Assembly (NCBI GenBank): GCA_003134965.1
Contig: PLDA01000002.1
Span: 1,388,415 to 1,420,414 of the forward strand
DNA length: 32,000 nt
Reading direction: 5' to 3'
DNA from: Vulcanimicrobiota bacterium
GTDB lineage: Bacteria > Vulcanimicrobiota > Vulcanimicrobiia > Vulcanimicrobiales > Vulcanimicrobiaceae
Made by a program: the position numbers and the translations under genes. Shown here one piece after another: positions 15,994 through 23,580 of the stretch (its first letter is position 1; each line of letters begins with the position of its first letter). The notes under the pieces were generated by a model. It saw nothing but the letters and a program-made list of their open reading frames with translations, was not told the origin of the DNA and did not search any database.

Positions 15994-18057
15994 TCATAGC
16001 ACCGCGTCCCGGCTGAGGCTCGCGGCGCCGCGGTAGTGCGTCTGCCCGCGCAGGACGGCGCGCGCATGGCTGCCGCCGCCGCGGCGCCGCTCGACCGTCA
16101 GCTCTTCGGCGAACGCCGTGACGAGGAACAGACCGCGGCCCCGCTCGGAGAGGAGGTCGGCCGGCAGCCGCGGCCGGAACTCGAAACCGCGGCCGTCGTC
16201 GACGACGTGCAGCACGGCGGCTTCGCCCGAGACGTCGAGGATCACCTCGATCGGTCCGGGTGCGTATCGCACGACGTTTCCGAGCAGCTCGCCGAAGACG
16301 AGCTCGGCGCTGAACACGTCCGCTTCGCCGAGCCCCGCTGCGTGCAGCTGCACGATGCAGTCGCGGCGCGCACGCTGCGCCGCGTCGGAATCGGTGACCC
16401 CGAAGCGCCACCGTGAGGCGCGGCGTGGACCGTCGATCGTGGTGAGCGGCCGGTCGAACGAGACGGCGAGGATCGCGACGTCGTCGTGCGGCGGAAGGCC
16501 GCCCGAGACGCCGGCGTAGATCGCGTGCGCGATCTCCTGGTCGGTCGTGGCGAGCGCGGCGGCGACGACCGACTCGCCGAGCAGCGCGTCGCGATCGAAC
16601 TCGGTGAGCCCGTCGGTGTAGCACAGCAGGACCGAGCCCGGCTCGATGTCGACCGTCGTCCCCGCGCCGTCGGCGTGCCCGCGGATTCCGAGCGGCAGAT
16701 CCGGCGCGAAGAGCGGACGCACCGTGCGGTCCGGGCCGCGCAGCAGCGGCGGCGGGTGTCCCGCCGACGCGAACGTGAGCTCGAAGCAGACGGGATCGAG
16801 CACGCCGACGAACGCGGTGACGAACGGCGCACGGCCCATCGCGCGAACGATGCGGTCGACCGCGTTCAGTACCGCGACCGGCTCGGGGTTGATGAGCGCG
16901 GCGGTGCGGATGCTCTGCCGCACGCTCGCCATCGCGACCGCCGCGTCGAGCCCCTTGCCTGCGACGTCACCGACCGAGAGCACCAGGCGCCCGTCGGGGA
17001 GCCGGAACGCATCGTACCAGTCACCGCCGACGGTCGCCTCCAGCATCGCGGCTTGATAGATCGCGTCGAACGCGATTCCCGGGATGTCGGGGAGCGACGC
17101 GCTCAGCGCCGCCTCCTGAAACGTCGTCGCGACGCGCCGTTCGCGCTCGTACGCCGTTGCGTTGCCGATCGCCGGCGCGATGCGGCGCCCGAGCTCCTCG
17201 AAGAACGGCACGTCGGCGCGCGTATATGCGCGGCCGCTGCTGCGCAGGACGGCGTTCAGCGTCCCGACGATCCGTCCGCCGGAGATGAGCGGTACGATCA
17301 GCGCCGAGTCGTACCCGATCCGTGCGAACGCCTCTCCGAACGGCGCTTCGATGCTTTCACGACCGAACTCTTCGGTCAGCGCCTCGTAGACGACGGGCCT
17401 CCCGGTGCGCAGCACCTCCGCCGTCCCGCTGCGCGCAGCCAAGTTCGCATACGGCTGCCCCCGCAGCTCGTCGAGCGCGGCGCGCAGCGCTTCATCGCGG
17501 TGGTACGCGGCCGAGAGACGAACCTCGCCGCGATCGTCGATGAGGTTCACGGTCGCCCAGTCGGCGAACTCAGGTACGATGCGCCGCGTGATGACGCGCA
17601 GCGTCTGATCGAGAGAGAGCGCGCCCGCGAGCTCGGCACCGAGCTGCGAGAAGAACCGTTCGCGAAGGCGCGCGCCGCGCGCACCGTCGATGTCGGTATT
17701 CGTTCCGAACCAGCGCACGACGCGGCCGTCGTCGTTGCGCAACGGCGTCGCGCGGGTGAGGAACCAGCGGAAGCGCCGGTCCGCGCCGCGCAGCCGGAAC
17801 TCCATCTCGAACGGTTCGCCGGTCGCGATCGAGCGCGCCCACGCGCGCATGACCTCGGGCAGATCCTCGGCGTGGTGAACCGCTTGCCACCCCCAGCCTT
17901 CCGCTTCGTCCCGCGTCTGCCCGGTGTAGTCGTACCAGCGCGCGTTGTACCAATCGATCCAGCCGTCGGCCAGCGCCGACCACATCATCTGGGGCACGGC
18001 GTCCGCGATGACGCGGAACGACGCCGCCTCGGTCCAGGCGAAGGGCTGGACGTCCAT
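15994..18057 (-). CDS. Multidomain PAS-GAF-PP2C(SpoIIE)-HATPase (RsbW-like) signalling protein
   Basis: PAS: WIDWYNARWYDYTG...RWFGTNTDI. PP2C/SpoIIE: GGDWYDAF, VGDVAGKGLDAAV, YTDGLTE. HATPase: ELLGNVVRYA, VVDDGRGF. ATG 18057 is preferred over the track's TTG 18060. Confidence 0.85.
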   Translation of the reverse strand: MDVQPFAWTEAASFRVIADAVPQMMWSALADGWIDWYNARWYDYTGQTRDEAEGWGWQAVHHAEDLPEVMRAWARSIATGEPFEMEFRLRGADRRFRWFLTRATPLRNDDGRVVRWFGTNTDIDGARGARLRERFFSQLGAELAGALSLDQTLRVITRRIVPEFADWATVNLIDDRGEVRLSAAYHRDEALRAALDELRGQPYANLAARSGTAEVLRTGRPVVYEALTEEFGRESIEAPFGEAFARIGYDSALIVPLISGGRIVGTLNAVLRSSGRAYTRADVPFFEELGRRIAPAIGNATAYERERRVATTFQEAALSASLPDIPGIAFDAIYQAAMLEATVGGDWYDAFRLPDGRLVLSVGDVAGKGLDAAVAMASVRQSIRTAALINPEPVAVLNAVDRIVRAMGRAPFVTAFVGVLDPVCFELTFASAGHPPPLLRGPDRTVRPLFAPDLPLGIRGHADGAGTTVDIEPGSVLLCYTDGLTEFDRDALLGESVVAAALATTDQEIAHAIYAGVSGGLPPHDDVAILAVSFDRPLTTIDGPRRASRWRFGVTDSDAAQRARRDCIVQLHAAGLGEADVFSAELVFGELLGNVVRYAPGPIEVILDVSGEAAVLHVVDDGRGFEFRPRLPADLLSERGRGLFLVTAFAEELTVERRRGGGSHARAVLRGQTHYRGAASLSRDAVL

Positions 18058-18067
18058 CAACCGCGCA

Positions 18068-19222
18068 TTAGAGCCGCACCGGCCTCACACGGTAGACGGC
18101 ACCGTTCGCGTCGTCACTCACGAAGAGCGAACCGTCGTTTCCGACCGCCACGCCGCTGGGCCGGCACGCGCGCGCACCGTCGGCGCTTTGACAGCCGCCG
18201 CCGAACTCGGTCCACTGCGCATCGGGATTCGACCAGTCGACGGCCTTCGCGGGTTCGCCGTTCCTGAACGGGACGAAGGCGACGCGCGGCGGGACCGGCG
18301 GCTGGTGCCACGAGCCGTGCAAGGTGACGAACGCTCCGCCGCGATACCTCGCCGGAAACGCGTGCGCGCCTTTGAGGTCGAGCGGATAGAACGCCGCGCC
18401 GATCGGCGTGTCGTACGCCGGGAACACGACTTTCGGCACGACGACGTTCGCGCAGCTCGCGCCCCCGATCGGTTTGCGGTCGTCGTAGCACTTCATCCAG
18501 CCGTAGTCCGGCGTGCCGGCGTGGGACGTGACGTCGTCGAAGATCTCGTACGGGTGGCCGTGCTCCAGATCGTCGCGCCCCGCGACGCCGGCCCAGAGCG
18601 CGCCGGTCTCCGGTTTCACCGCGAGCGCGATGGCGTTGCGAATGTCGACTGCGCGCGCGCGCACGTTCTTGCCGTCCGGCGTCATCGCTTGAATCGTCGC
18701 GCGCGTCGGATCGCTTTCGTCGCACGCGTTGCACGACGAGCCGACGCTCGCGTACAGCGTTCCGTTGGAGAGCGCGATCGTCGTCGTCGAGTGGCCGCGG
18801 CCGCCGCCGGTGCGGACGCTCGCGATCTTTTGAGGACCGCTGCGCGCTTCGCGGTCGCCGGTCCGGTATGCGATCTTGTACACTCCGCCCTGGCCGCCCG
18901 CGAATACCGCGTCGCCCGCCACCAGCACGCCCGCGACCGGGCGGTCGTCGACCGACGCGAACCGGCGCGGTTCGCCGGGATTGCCCTCGGCGTCCGGAAC
19001 GACGTAGATCGCGTTCCCCGACGTGCCGACGAACAGATCGCCGTTCGGCGCAACGGAGAGTTCGCGCGCCCAGGTGATGGTCGCGATGCGCTCGGCGACG
19101 AAGCCGGTTGGAACGGTGAGGGCGACCGCCCCGGCCGCCTGGCCGGTGAGCGGTGCGGCAGCCGGGGCCGCGGCGACGAGGACGCACGCCGCAGCGAAGG
19201 CTAGGAAACGGTGCGAGACCAT
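18068..19222 (-). CDS. Secreted sorbosone/glucose dehydrogenase-like beta-propeller protein (paralog 1)
   Basis: ATG start. Signal peptide MVSHRFLAFAAACVLVAAAPAAA. Motifs GSSCNAC, DYGW, HGSWH, SLFVSDD..GAVYRV are typical of the GSDH/sorbosone dehydrogenase family. Confidence 0.7.
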   Translation of the reverse strand: MVSHRFLAFAAACVLVAAAPAAAPLTGQAAGAVALTVPTGFVAERIATITWARELSVAPNGDLFVGTSGNAIYVVPDAEGNPGEPRRFASVDDRPVAGVLVAGDAVFAGGQGGVYKIAYRTGDREARSGPQKIASVRTGGGRGHSTTTIALSNGTLYASVGSSCNACDESDPTRATIQAMTPDGKNVRARAVDIRNAIALAVKPETGALWAGVAGRDDLEHGHPYEIFDDVTSHAGTPDYGWMKCYDDRKPIGGASCANVVVPKVVFPAYDTPIGAAFYPLDLKGAHAFPARYRGGAFVTLHGSWHQPPVPPRVAFVPFRNGEPAKAVDWSNPDAQWTEFGGGCQSADGARACRPSGVAVGNDGSLFVSDDANGAVYRVRPVRL

Positions 19223-19253
19223 CTCAGCCCTGGTTCCCCCGCGCGCGCGTTCT

Positions 19254-20528
19254 CTACCGGCGGTCAGCCCCCGAGGTGGCCGTCCCGGCCGGCCGGATCC
19301 GGTAGACCGCGCCGGCCGTATCGTCGGCGACGAACAGGCTCCCTTGCGCGCCGACCGTTACCCCGGTCGTCCGTCCGATGCGGGCCGTCCCGTTCTGGAA
19401 TCCGGTGAAGAAGTCGTTCCACTGCGCGGTCGGATCGCTCCAGTTGACCGCGCGCGCCGGTGCGCCGCCGGCGAACGGCACGAACGCGACGTGCGGCGCA
19501 TCGACCGGGTTCCCGTTCGCGGCCGTGTGCCACGACCCGTGCAGGCTCACGAACAGACCGCCGCTCCAGGCGGACGAAAACGCGTACGGGCCGGGTTGCG
19601 CGGCGGGGTAGAACGCGGCGCCGATGATCGTCGAGTAGGCCGGAAACGCCACCGCCGGGACGACGACGTTCGCGCAGTTCGCGCCGCTCGTGTACGCGAC
19701 GCGGTTCTCCTCACAGTCCGGCCAGCCGTAGTCGGCCGGCGCGCCGTGCGCCGAGACGGGGTCCATGAACTCGTACGGATGGCCTGGCGCCAGACTGTCC
19801 TGACCGGCGCCGCCGGCCCAGACGGTGCCGGTCGACGGATCGGTCGCGAGCGCGATCGCGTTGCGCCAGCGCTTCGCCTGCGTCGTCATCCCGAGCCCGT
19901 CGATCCCCATCCGCTGCACGGTCGCGCGGGTCGGATCGGTCTCGACGCATGCGTTGCACGACGAGCCGACACCGACGTACAGCGTCGAGCCGCTGACCGC
20001 TGCCGAGCTCGTGGTGTGGGTGTCGCCGTCGGTACCCGCGATCGAACCCGTCCGCACCGACGCGATCGGCGTCACCGTCCCGCTGTGCGCGCCAGCGGCA
20101 TACGCTATCTTGTAGACGCCGAGCTTCGTCGTCACGAAGACGAAGCCGGCGCCGTAGGCGACACCCTGCGCCGGCCCCTCCGGCAGCGTCGCAAACGTCA
20201 ACGGAGCGTCGGCGGCGCCGGGGCTTTCGGCGTTCGGGACGATGACCACCGTCTGGCCGAGCGTCCCGACGATCAGGTCGCCATTGGGCAGCGCCGCCAG
20301 CTCTCGCGCGCCGCCGACCTGCGCGATGACGCTCACGATGAAGCCCGAAGGGACGTGCAGGCTCGCGTTCGCCGACGGCGCGCTCGGTCCGGTGAAGGGC
20401 GTGGGGCTCGGCGTGGGGCTCGGCGTCGCAGTCGGCAGCGGCGCCGCGGCCGGCTGCACGCCGCTCCCGCCGCCGCTGCACGCGGTCAGCGCGCAGGCAA
20501 GCAACGCCGCCCCGGCGAGCGAACGCAG
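19254..20528 (-). CDS. Sorbosone/glucose dehydrogenase-like lipoprotein (paralog 2); start codon uncertain
   Basis: Roughly 50% identical by eye to paralog 1, with the same GSSCNAC, DYGW, HGSWH and SLFVADD..GAVYRI motifs. A Pro/Thr linker follows the lipobox LTAC. Only a CTG at 20528 gives a sensible signal peptide (M)RSLAGAALLACALTAC. The track's TTG 20795 would overlap hisH antisense by 261 nt. Confidence 0.65.
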   Translation of the reverse strand: MRSLAGAALLACALTACSGGGSGVQPAAAPLPTATPSPTPSPTPFTGPSAPSANASLHVPSGFIVSVIAQVGGARELAALPNGDLIVGTLGQTVVIVPNAESPGAADAPLTFATLPEGPAQGVAYGAGFVFVTTKLGVYKIAYAAGAHSGTVTPIASVRTGSIAGTDGDTHTTSSAAVSGSTLYVGVGSSCNACVETDPTRATVQRMGIDGLGMTTQAKRWRNAIALATDPSTGTVWAGGAGQDSLAPGHPYEFMDPVSAHGAPADYGWPDCEENRVAYTSGANCANVVVPAVAFPAYSTIIGAAFYPAAQPGPYAFSSAWSGGLFVSLHGSWHTAANGNPVDAPHVAFVPFAGGAPARAVNWSDPTAQWNDFFTGFQNGTARIGRTTGVTVGAQGSLFVADDTAGAVYRIRPAGTATSGADRR

Positions 20529-20534
20529 AAGCCG

Positions 20535-21149
20535 ATGACGGTTCCGAAGATCGCGGTAATCGACTACGGCGGCGGCAACGTCGGCTCGCTGATCGCCGCG
20601 CTCGAGCGGCGCGGGGCCGCGTTTACGCTGACCGAAGACCCGCGCGACGTCGACCGGGCGCAGGCGGCGATTCTGCCCGGCGACGGAGCGTTCGGGGCGA
20701 CGATCGACGCCATTCGCGAGCGGAAACTCGATGGTGCGATCGACCGGGCGATCGCCGCGGGGCGACCCTTTCTCGGGATCTGCGTCGGTATGCAAGTGTT
20801 GTTCGACTCCAGCGACGAGTACGGCGGCGCCCTCGGCCTCGGTATCTTACCCGGCGAGGTACGCCGCTTCACCGGCGCTCCCCGCGTCCCGCACATGGGC
20901 TGGAACGATCTCGTGATCGAGCGCACGCACCCGTTCGTCGACGGCATCGCGAGCGGAGCGTGGGCATACTTTCTCCACTCGTACCGCGTCACCGGAGCCG
21001 ACTCGGTCGTCGCGTCGTGCGAGTACGGCGAGCGCTTTGCCGCGATCGTCGCCCGCGACAACGTGATGGCCACGCAGTTCCACCCGGAGAAGAGCCGCTC
21101 CACCGGAGCCCGTCTGCTCGACAACTTCCTCCGCATCGCCGCCGCGTGA
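20535..21149 (+). CDS. hisH: Imidazole glycerol phosphate synthase, glutamine amidotransferase subunit
   Basis: MTVPKIAVIDYGGGNVGS, catalytic FLGICVGMQVL, FLHSYR, ATQFHPEKS. ATG at residue 505 of track ORF 19023..21149. Confidence 0.9.
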   Translation: MTVPKIAVIDYGGGNVGSLIAALERRGAAFTLTEDPRDVDRAQAAILPGDGAFGATIDAIRERKLDGAIDRAIAAGRPFLGICVGMQVLFDSSDEYGGALGLGILPGEVRRFTGAPRVPHMGWNDLVIERTHPFVDGIASGAWAYFLHSYRVTGADSVVASCEYGERFAAIVARDNVMATQFHPEKSRSTGARLLDNFLRIAAA

Positions 21150-21874
21150 GAACGCTGACGCTTTATCCGGCGATCGATCTGCGCGGCGGACACGCCGTGC
21201 GTCTCGAGCGCGGCGACCCGTCGCGTGAGACGCGCTATGACGCCGATCCCGTTGCGCGCGCGCGCGCGTTCGTCGCCGACGGCGCGCAAGCGCTGCACGT
21301 CGTCGATCTCGACGGAGCGTTCGGCACCGGCGAAAATCAGCGCGCGCTGCGGGAGATCTGCGCGGCGGTCGACGTTCCGGTCCAAACCGGCGGCGGGATC
21401 CGCAGTGCGGACGACGTCGCCGCGCGCTTCGCCGCCGGCGCGAGCGCGGTCGTGATCGGCACGCTGCTGGTCGAACATCCGAACGACGCGCGCGTGATCG
21501 CCGACCGCTGGGGCGACCGTATCGTCGCCGGGATCGACGCGCGCGGGGAACGCGTCGCGACGCGCGGCTGGCTCGCCGAAACCGCGATCTCTCGCGACGA
21601 CCTCGTCCGCACGGTCGCATCGTGGGGCGTGCACCGCGTCGTCTACACCGAGATCGCGCGCGACGGCATGGGGGCCGGCTACGACGTGGCAGCGCTGGCC
21701 CACGTCGCGTCGCTCGCGCCGCTCCACATCACCGCCAGCGGCGGCGCACGAACGCTGGACGACCTGCTCGCGCTGCGCGACGGCACGCCGCCGAACGTCG
21801 ACGCGGCGATCGTCGGACGCGCGCTCTACGAGCAGACCCTGCACCTCCCCGACGCGCTGGCCGCGCTGCGATGA
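21146..21874 (+). CDS. hisA: 1-(5-phosphoribosyl)-5-[(5-phosphoribosylamino)methylideneamino]imidazole-4-carboxamide isomerase
   Basis: GTG in a GTGA overlap with the hisH stop. LYPAIDLRGG, VVDLDGAFG, QTGGGIRS, ASGGARTLDDL, IVGRALYE. Confidence 0.9.
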   Translation: MRTLTLYPAIDLRGGHAVRLERGDPSRETRYDADPVARARAFVADGAQALHVVDLDGAFGTGENQRALREICAAVDVPVQTGGGIRSADDVAARFAAGASAVVIGTLLVEHPNDARVIADRWGDRIVAGIDARGERVATRGWLAETAISRDDLVRTVASWGVHRVVYTEIARDGMGAGYDVAALAHVASLAPLHITASGGARTLDDLLALRDGTPPNVDAAIVGRALYEQTLHLPDALAALR

Positions 21875-22224
21875 CGAGCAAACAAGTCATCGTCGTGCGC
21901 AACGACTTGAACATGCGCAAAGGTAAGATGATCGCGCAGGGTGCGCACGCCTCGCTCGCCGCGTTCATGGAAGCCGATCCCGACGACCCCGCACTGCTCG
22001 ACTGGCTCGACGGCGCCGGCGCGAAGATCGCGGTCTCCGTGCCGAGCGAAGAGGCGCTGCTCGACGTCTACGAACGGGCTCGCGCCGCCGGCCTTCCGTG
22101 CGCGCTGATCACCGACGCCGGCCGAACCGAGTTCGGCGGCGTCCCGACGCGCACCGCCGTCGCGGTCGGCCCCGCCTGGTCCGACGCAGTCGACGCGATC
22201 ACGGGAGAACTGAAGCTGCTCTAA
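21871..22224 (+). CDS. pth2: Pth2-family (archaeal/eukaryotic-type) peptidyl-tRNA hydrolase
   Basis: ATG in an ATGA overlap with the hisA stop. VVRNDLNMRKGKMIAQGAHAS and ITDAGRTEFGGVPTRTAVAVGP match PTH2 hallmarks. 117 aa. Confidence 0.75.
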   Translation: MTSKQVIVVRNDLNMRKGKMIAQGAHASLAAFMEADPDDPALLDWLDGAGAKIAVSVPSEEALLDVYERARAAGLPCALITDAGRTEFGGVPTRTAVAVGPAWSDAVDAITGELKLL

Positions 22225-22226
22225 TT

Positions 22227-22269
22227 GTCACCCTGACCCTCGATGTCACCCTGAGCTTGTCGAAGGGTG
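22227..22269 (+). repeat. REP-like motif, copy B (GTCACCCTGAGCTTGTCGAAGGGTG at 22245-22269), preceded by a partial copy GTCACCCTGA at 22227-22236
   Basis: 24/25 match to the reverse complement of 9345-9369. Lies in the 51-nt spacer between the convergent pth2 and the Pro-rich protein gene. Contains the CACCCT/AGGGTG inverted repeat. Confidence 0.8.
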
Positions 22270-22275
22270 CGGCCC

Positions 22276-23580
22276 CTACGTCGGAACCGGTGACGGCGGC
22301 GCAGTGCGCCGGATGAGCGGCCGCCGCGTGCGGACCGGCGACGGTGTCGGAACCGGCGTTGCCGTCGGAGCCGCGGTCGGGGGCGCCGGCGTGCGCAGCA
22401 ACGGCGCGCGCGTCGGCACGCGCGTCGGCACCGGACCAGGCGTCGCGACGAGTATGCTGCGCCGCGCCGGCGCCGGCGTTGCGCCGGGAAGCGGTGTCGG
22501 TGTCGGCACGACGACCGAACGGCGCACCGGAATCGCGCGCGGGATCGGCGTCGGTGTGCCGTACGGATTGACCGGAGCAGGGAGCGCCTTGGTGAAGATG
22601 TTGACGAGCTGCGGCATCACGATCGTCGTGGTCTGTCCGTTCGGCAGCGTGATCCGCGCGGCGACGCGCGCGTTCGGCTGGTACACGCCGGGTGGTACGA
22701 AGACGTGCGCGACGTACGAGGTCGCGCTGTTGACGACCAGCGGAAAGAACCCGCCGATCCCGTCGACGCCGACGTAGCCGGTGATGCCGGGCGCTCCCTC
22801 GACGTAGACGTCGAACGCGCTCGTTCCCGGCGTGATCCAGCGGTCGATCCAGATCGCGCCGATCGGGAACGGCGTCGGCGCCGGAGCCACCGCGAAGGTG
22901 AAGCTGTCGTTGAACGACCACTGCTGCGCGAGCGGCGTGCCGGTCGCATCGCGTCCGGTGATCGAGACGTCGTGCGGGCCGGGCGGCAGCGCGCGGCGCG
23001 GCGTGAACAGCACCTGATCGCCGATCACCGCCACTTCGGCCGTCACGTCGCGCCCGTCGACGATCACGCGCAGGGAGTGCGGATCGATCGAGGCGGCGCC
23101 GGCGAAGCGCGCCGAGATCGCCGGATACGGGTCGTGGACCTCGGCCCCGGACGGCGGCTGGAGCGTGACGGTGTAGGTCGCCGGCTGCGCGTACGACGAC
23201 GGCGGCGGTATCGTGGGCGGCGCGGTCGCGCGTGCGAGCGGCGGCGCGGCGGCGCTCTCGTGAAGCGCGACGACCCGCGCGCCGGCTTCGTAGCCGACGC
23301 TGAGCCCGAAGGCGGCCGCGACGAGCCGCAGCGGCACGTACGCCTTGCCCCCGATATTGCAGCCCGGGCAGTTGAACGCGATGCGCGCCGTGTGGGATCC
23401 GCGCTGCACCGTGATGATGTGTGTGTGACCGTCGTAGCCGATATCCGCGCCGACCGCATTTCCGAGCGTGCGAATCGGGAGCAGGACGTGACCTGCCAAG
23501 ACCGCCGCGCGCGCGTGCGGCAGCACAGTCTTCCCGTCGAGGGTCACCGTGTAGGCGGCGAAGGTGAGTGCGTGGATCAC
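22276..23580 (-). CDS. Copper-amine-oxidase-N-terminal-like (stalk) domain protein with Ig-like domains and a basic Pro/Thr-rich C-terminal tail
   Basis: GTG 23580 in a GTGA overlap with the alr stop. Only the last 434 aa of track ORF 22276..24531 are used. VTLDGKTVLPHARAAVLAGHVLLPIRTLGNAVGADIGYDG...AYVPLRLVAAAFG resembles CuAO-N repeats. The tail is rich in TPxP. No obvious signal peptide. Confidence 0.6.
   Translation of the reverse strand: MIHALTFAAYTVTLDGKTVLPHARAAVLAGHVLLPIRTLGNAVGADIGYDGHTHIITVQRGSHTARIAFNCPGCNIGGKAYVPLRLVAAAFGLSVGYEAGARVVALHESAAAPPLARATAPPTIPPPSSYAQPATYTVTLQPPSGAEVHDPYPAISARFAGAASIDPHSLRVIVDGRDVTAEVAVIGDQVLFTPRRALPPGPHDVSITGRDATGTPLAQQWSFNDSFTFAVAPAPTPFPIGAIWIDRWITPGTSAFDVYVEGAPGITGYVGVDGIGGFFPLVVNSATSYVAHVFVPPGVYQPNARVAARITLPNGQTTTIVMPQLVNIFTKALPAPVNPYGTPTPIPRAIPVRRSVVVPTPTPLPGATPAPARRSILVATPGPVPTRVPTRAPLLRTPAPPTAAPTATPVPTPSPVRTRRPLIRRTAPPSPVPT

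Noticed and set aside
16486-18267. 593-aa + strand ORF, plus ORF 17945..19204, opposite the PP2C-kinase and dehydrogenase genes.
   Set aside because: These are antisense shadow ORFs with Arg-rich junk translations. The - strand carries clear PAS, SpoIIE and HATPase motifs.
19023-20534. The first ~500 aa of track ORF 19023..21149 (708 aa) as an N-terminal extension of HisH.
   Set aside because: This part is antisense to the two dehydrogenase paralogs and has junk composition. The canonical HisH N-terminus (MTVPKIAVIDYGGGN) starts at 20535.
9962-20534. Calling the hisB-hisH intervening block a mobile genomic island.
   Set aside because: No integrase, transposase, tRNA target or flanking direct repeats are visible in the sequence. 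Only the synteny argument remains, so it is reported as a finding rather than as a mobile element.
22276-22640. Short periodic DNA repeats (ggcgtcgg / gtcggcac-type) that might suggest a CRISPR-like or tandem-repeat array.
   Set aside because: They lie inside the coding Pro/Thr/Arg-rich tail of the surface-type protein and reflect codon repetition. There is no repeat-spacer periodicity.
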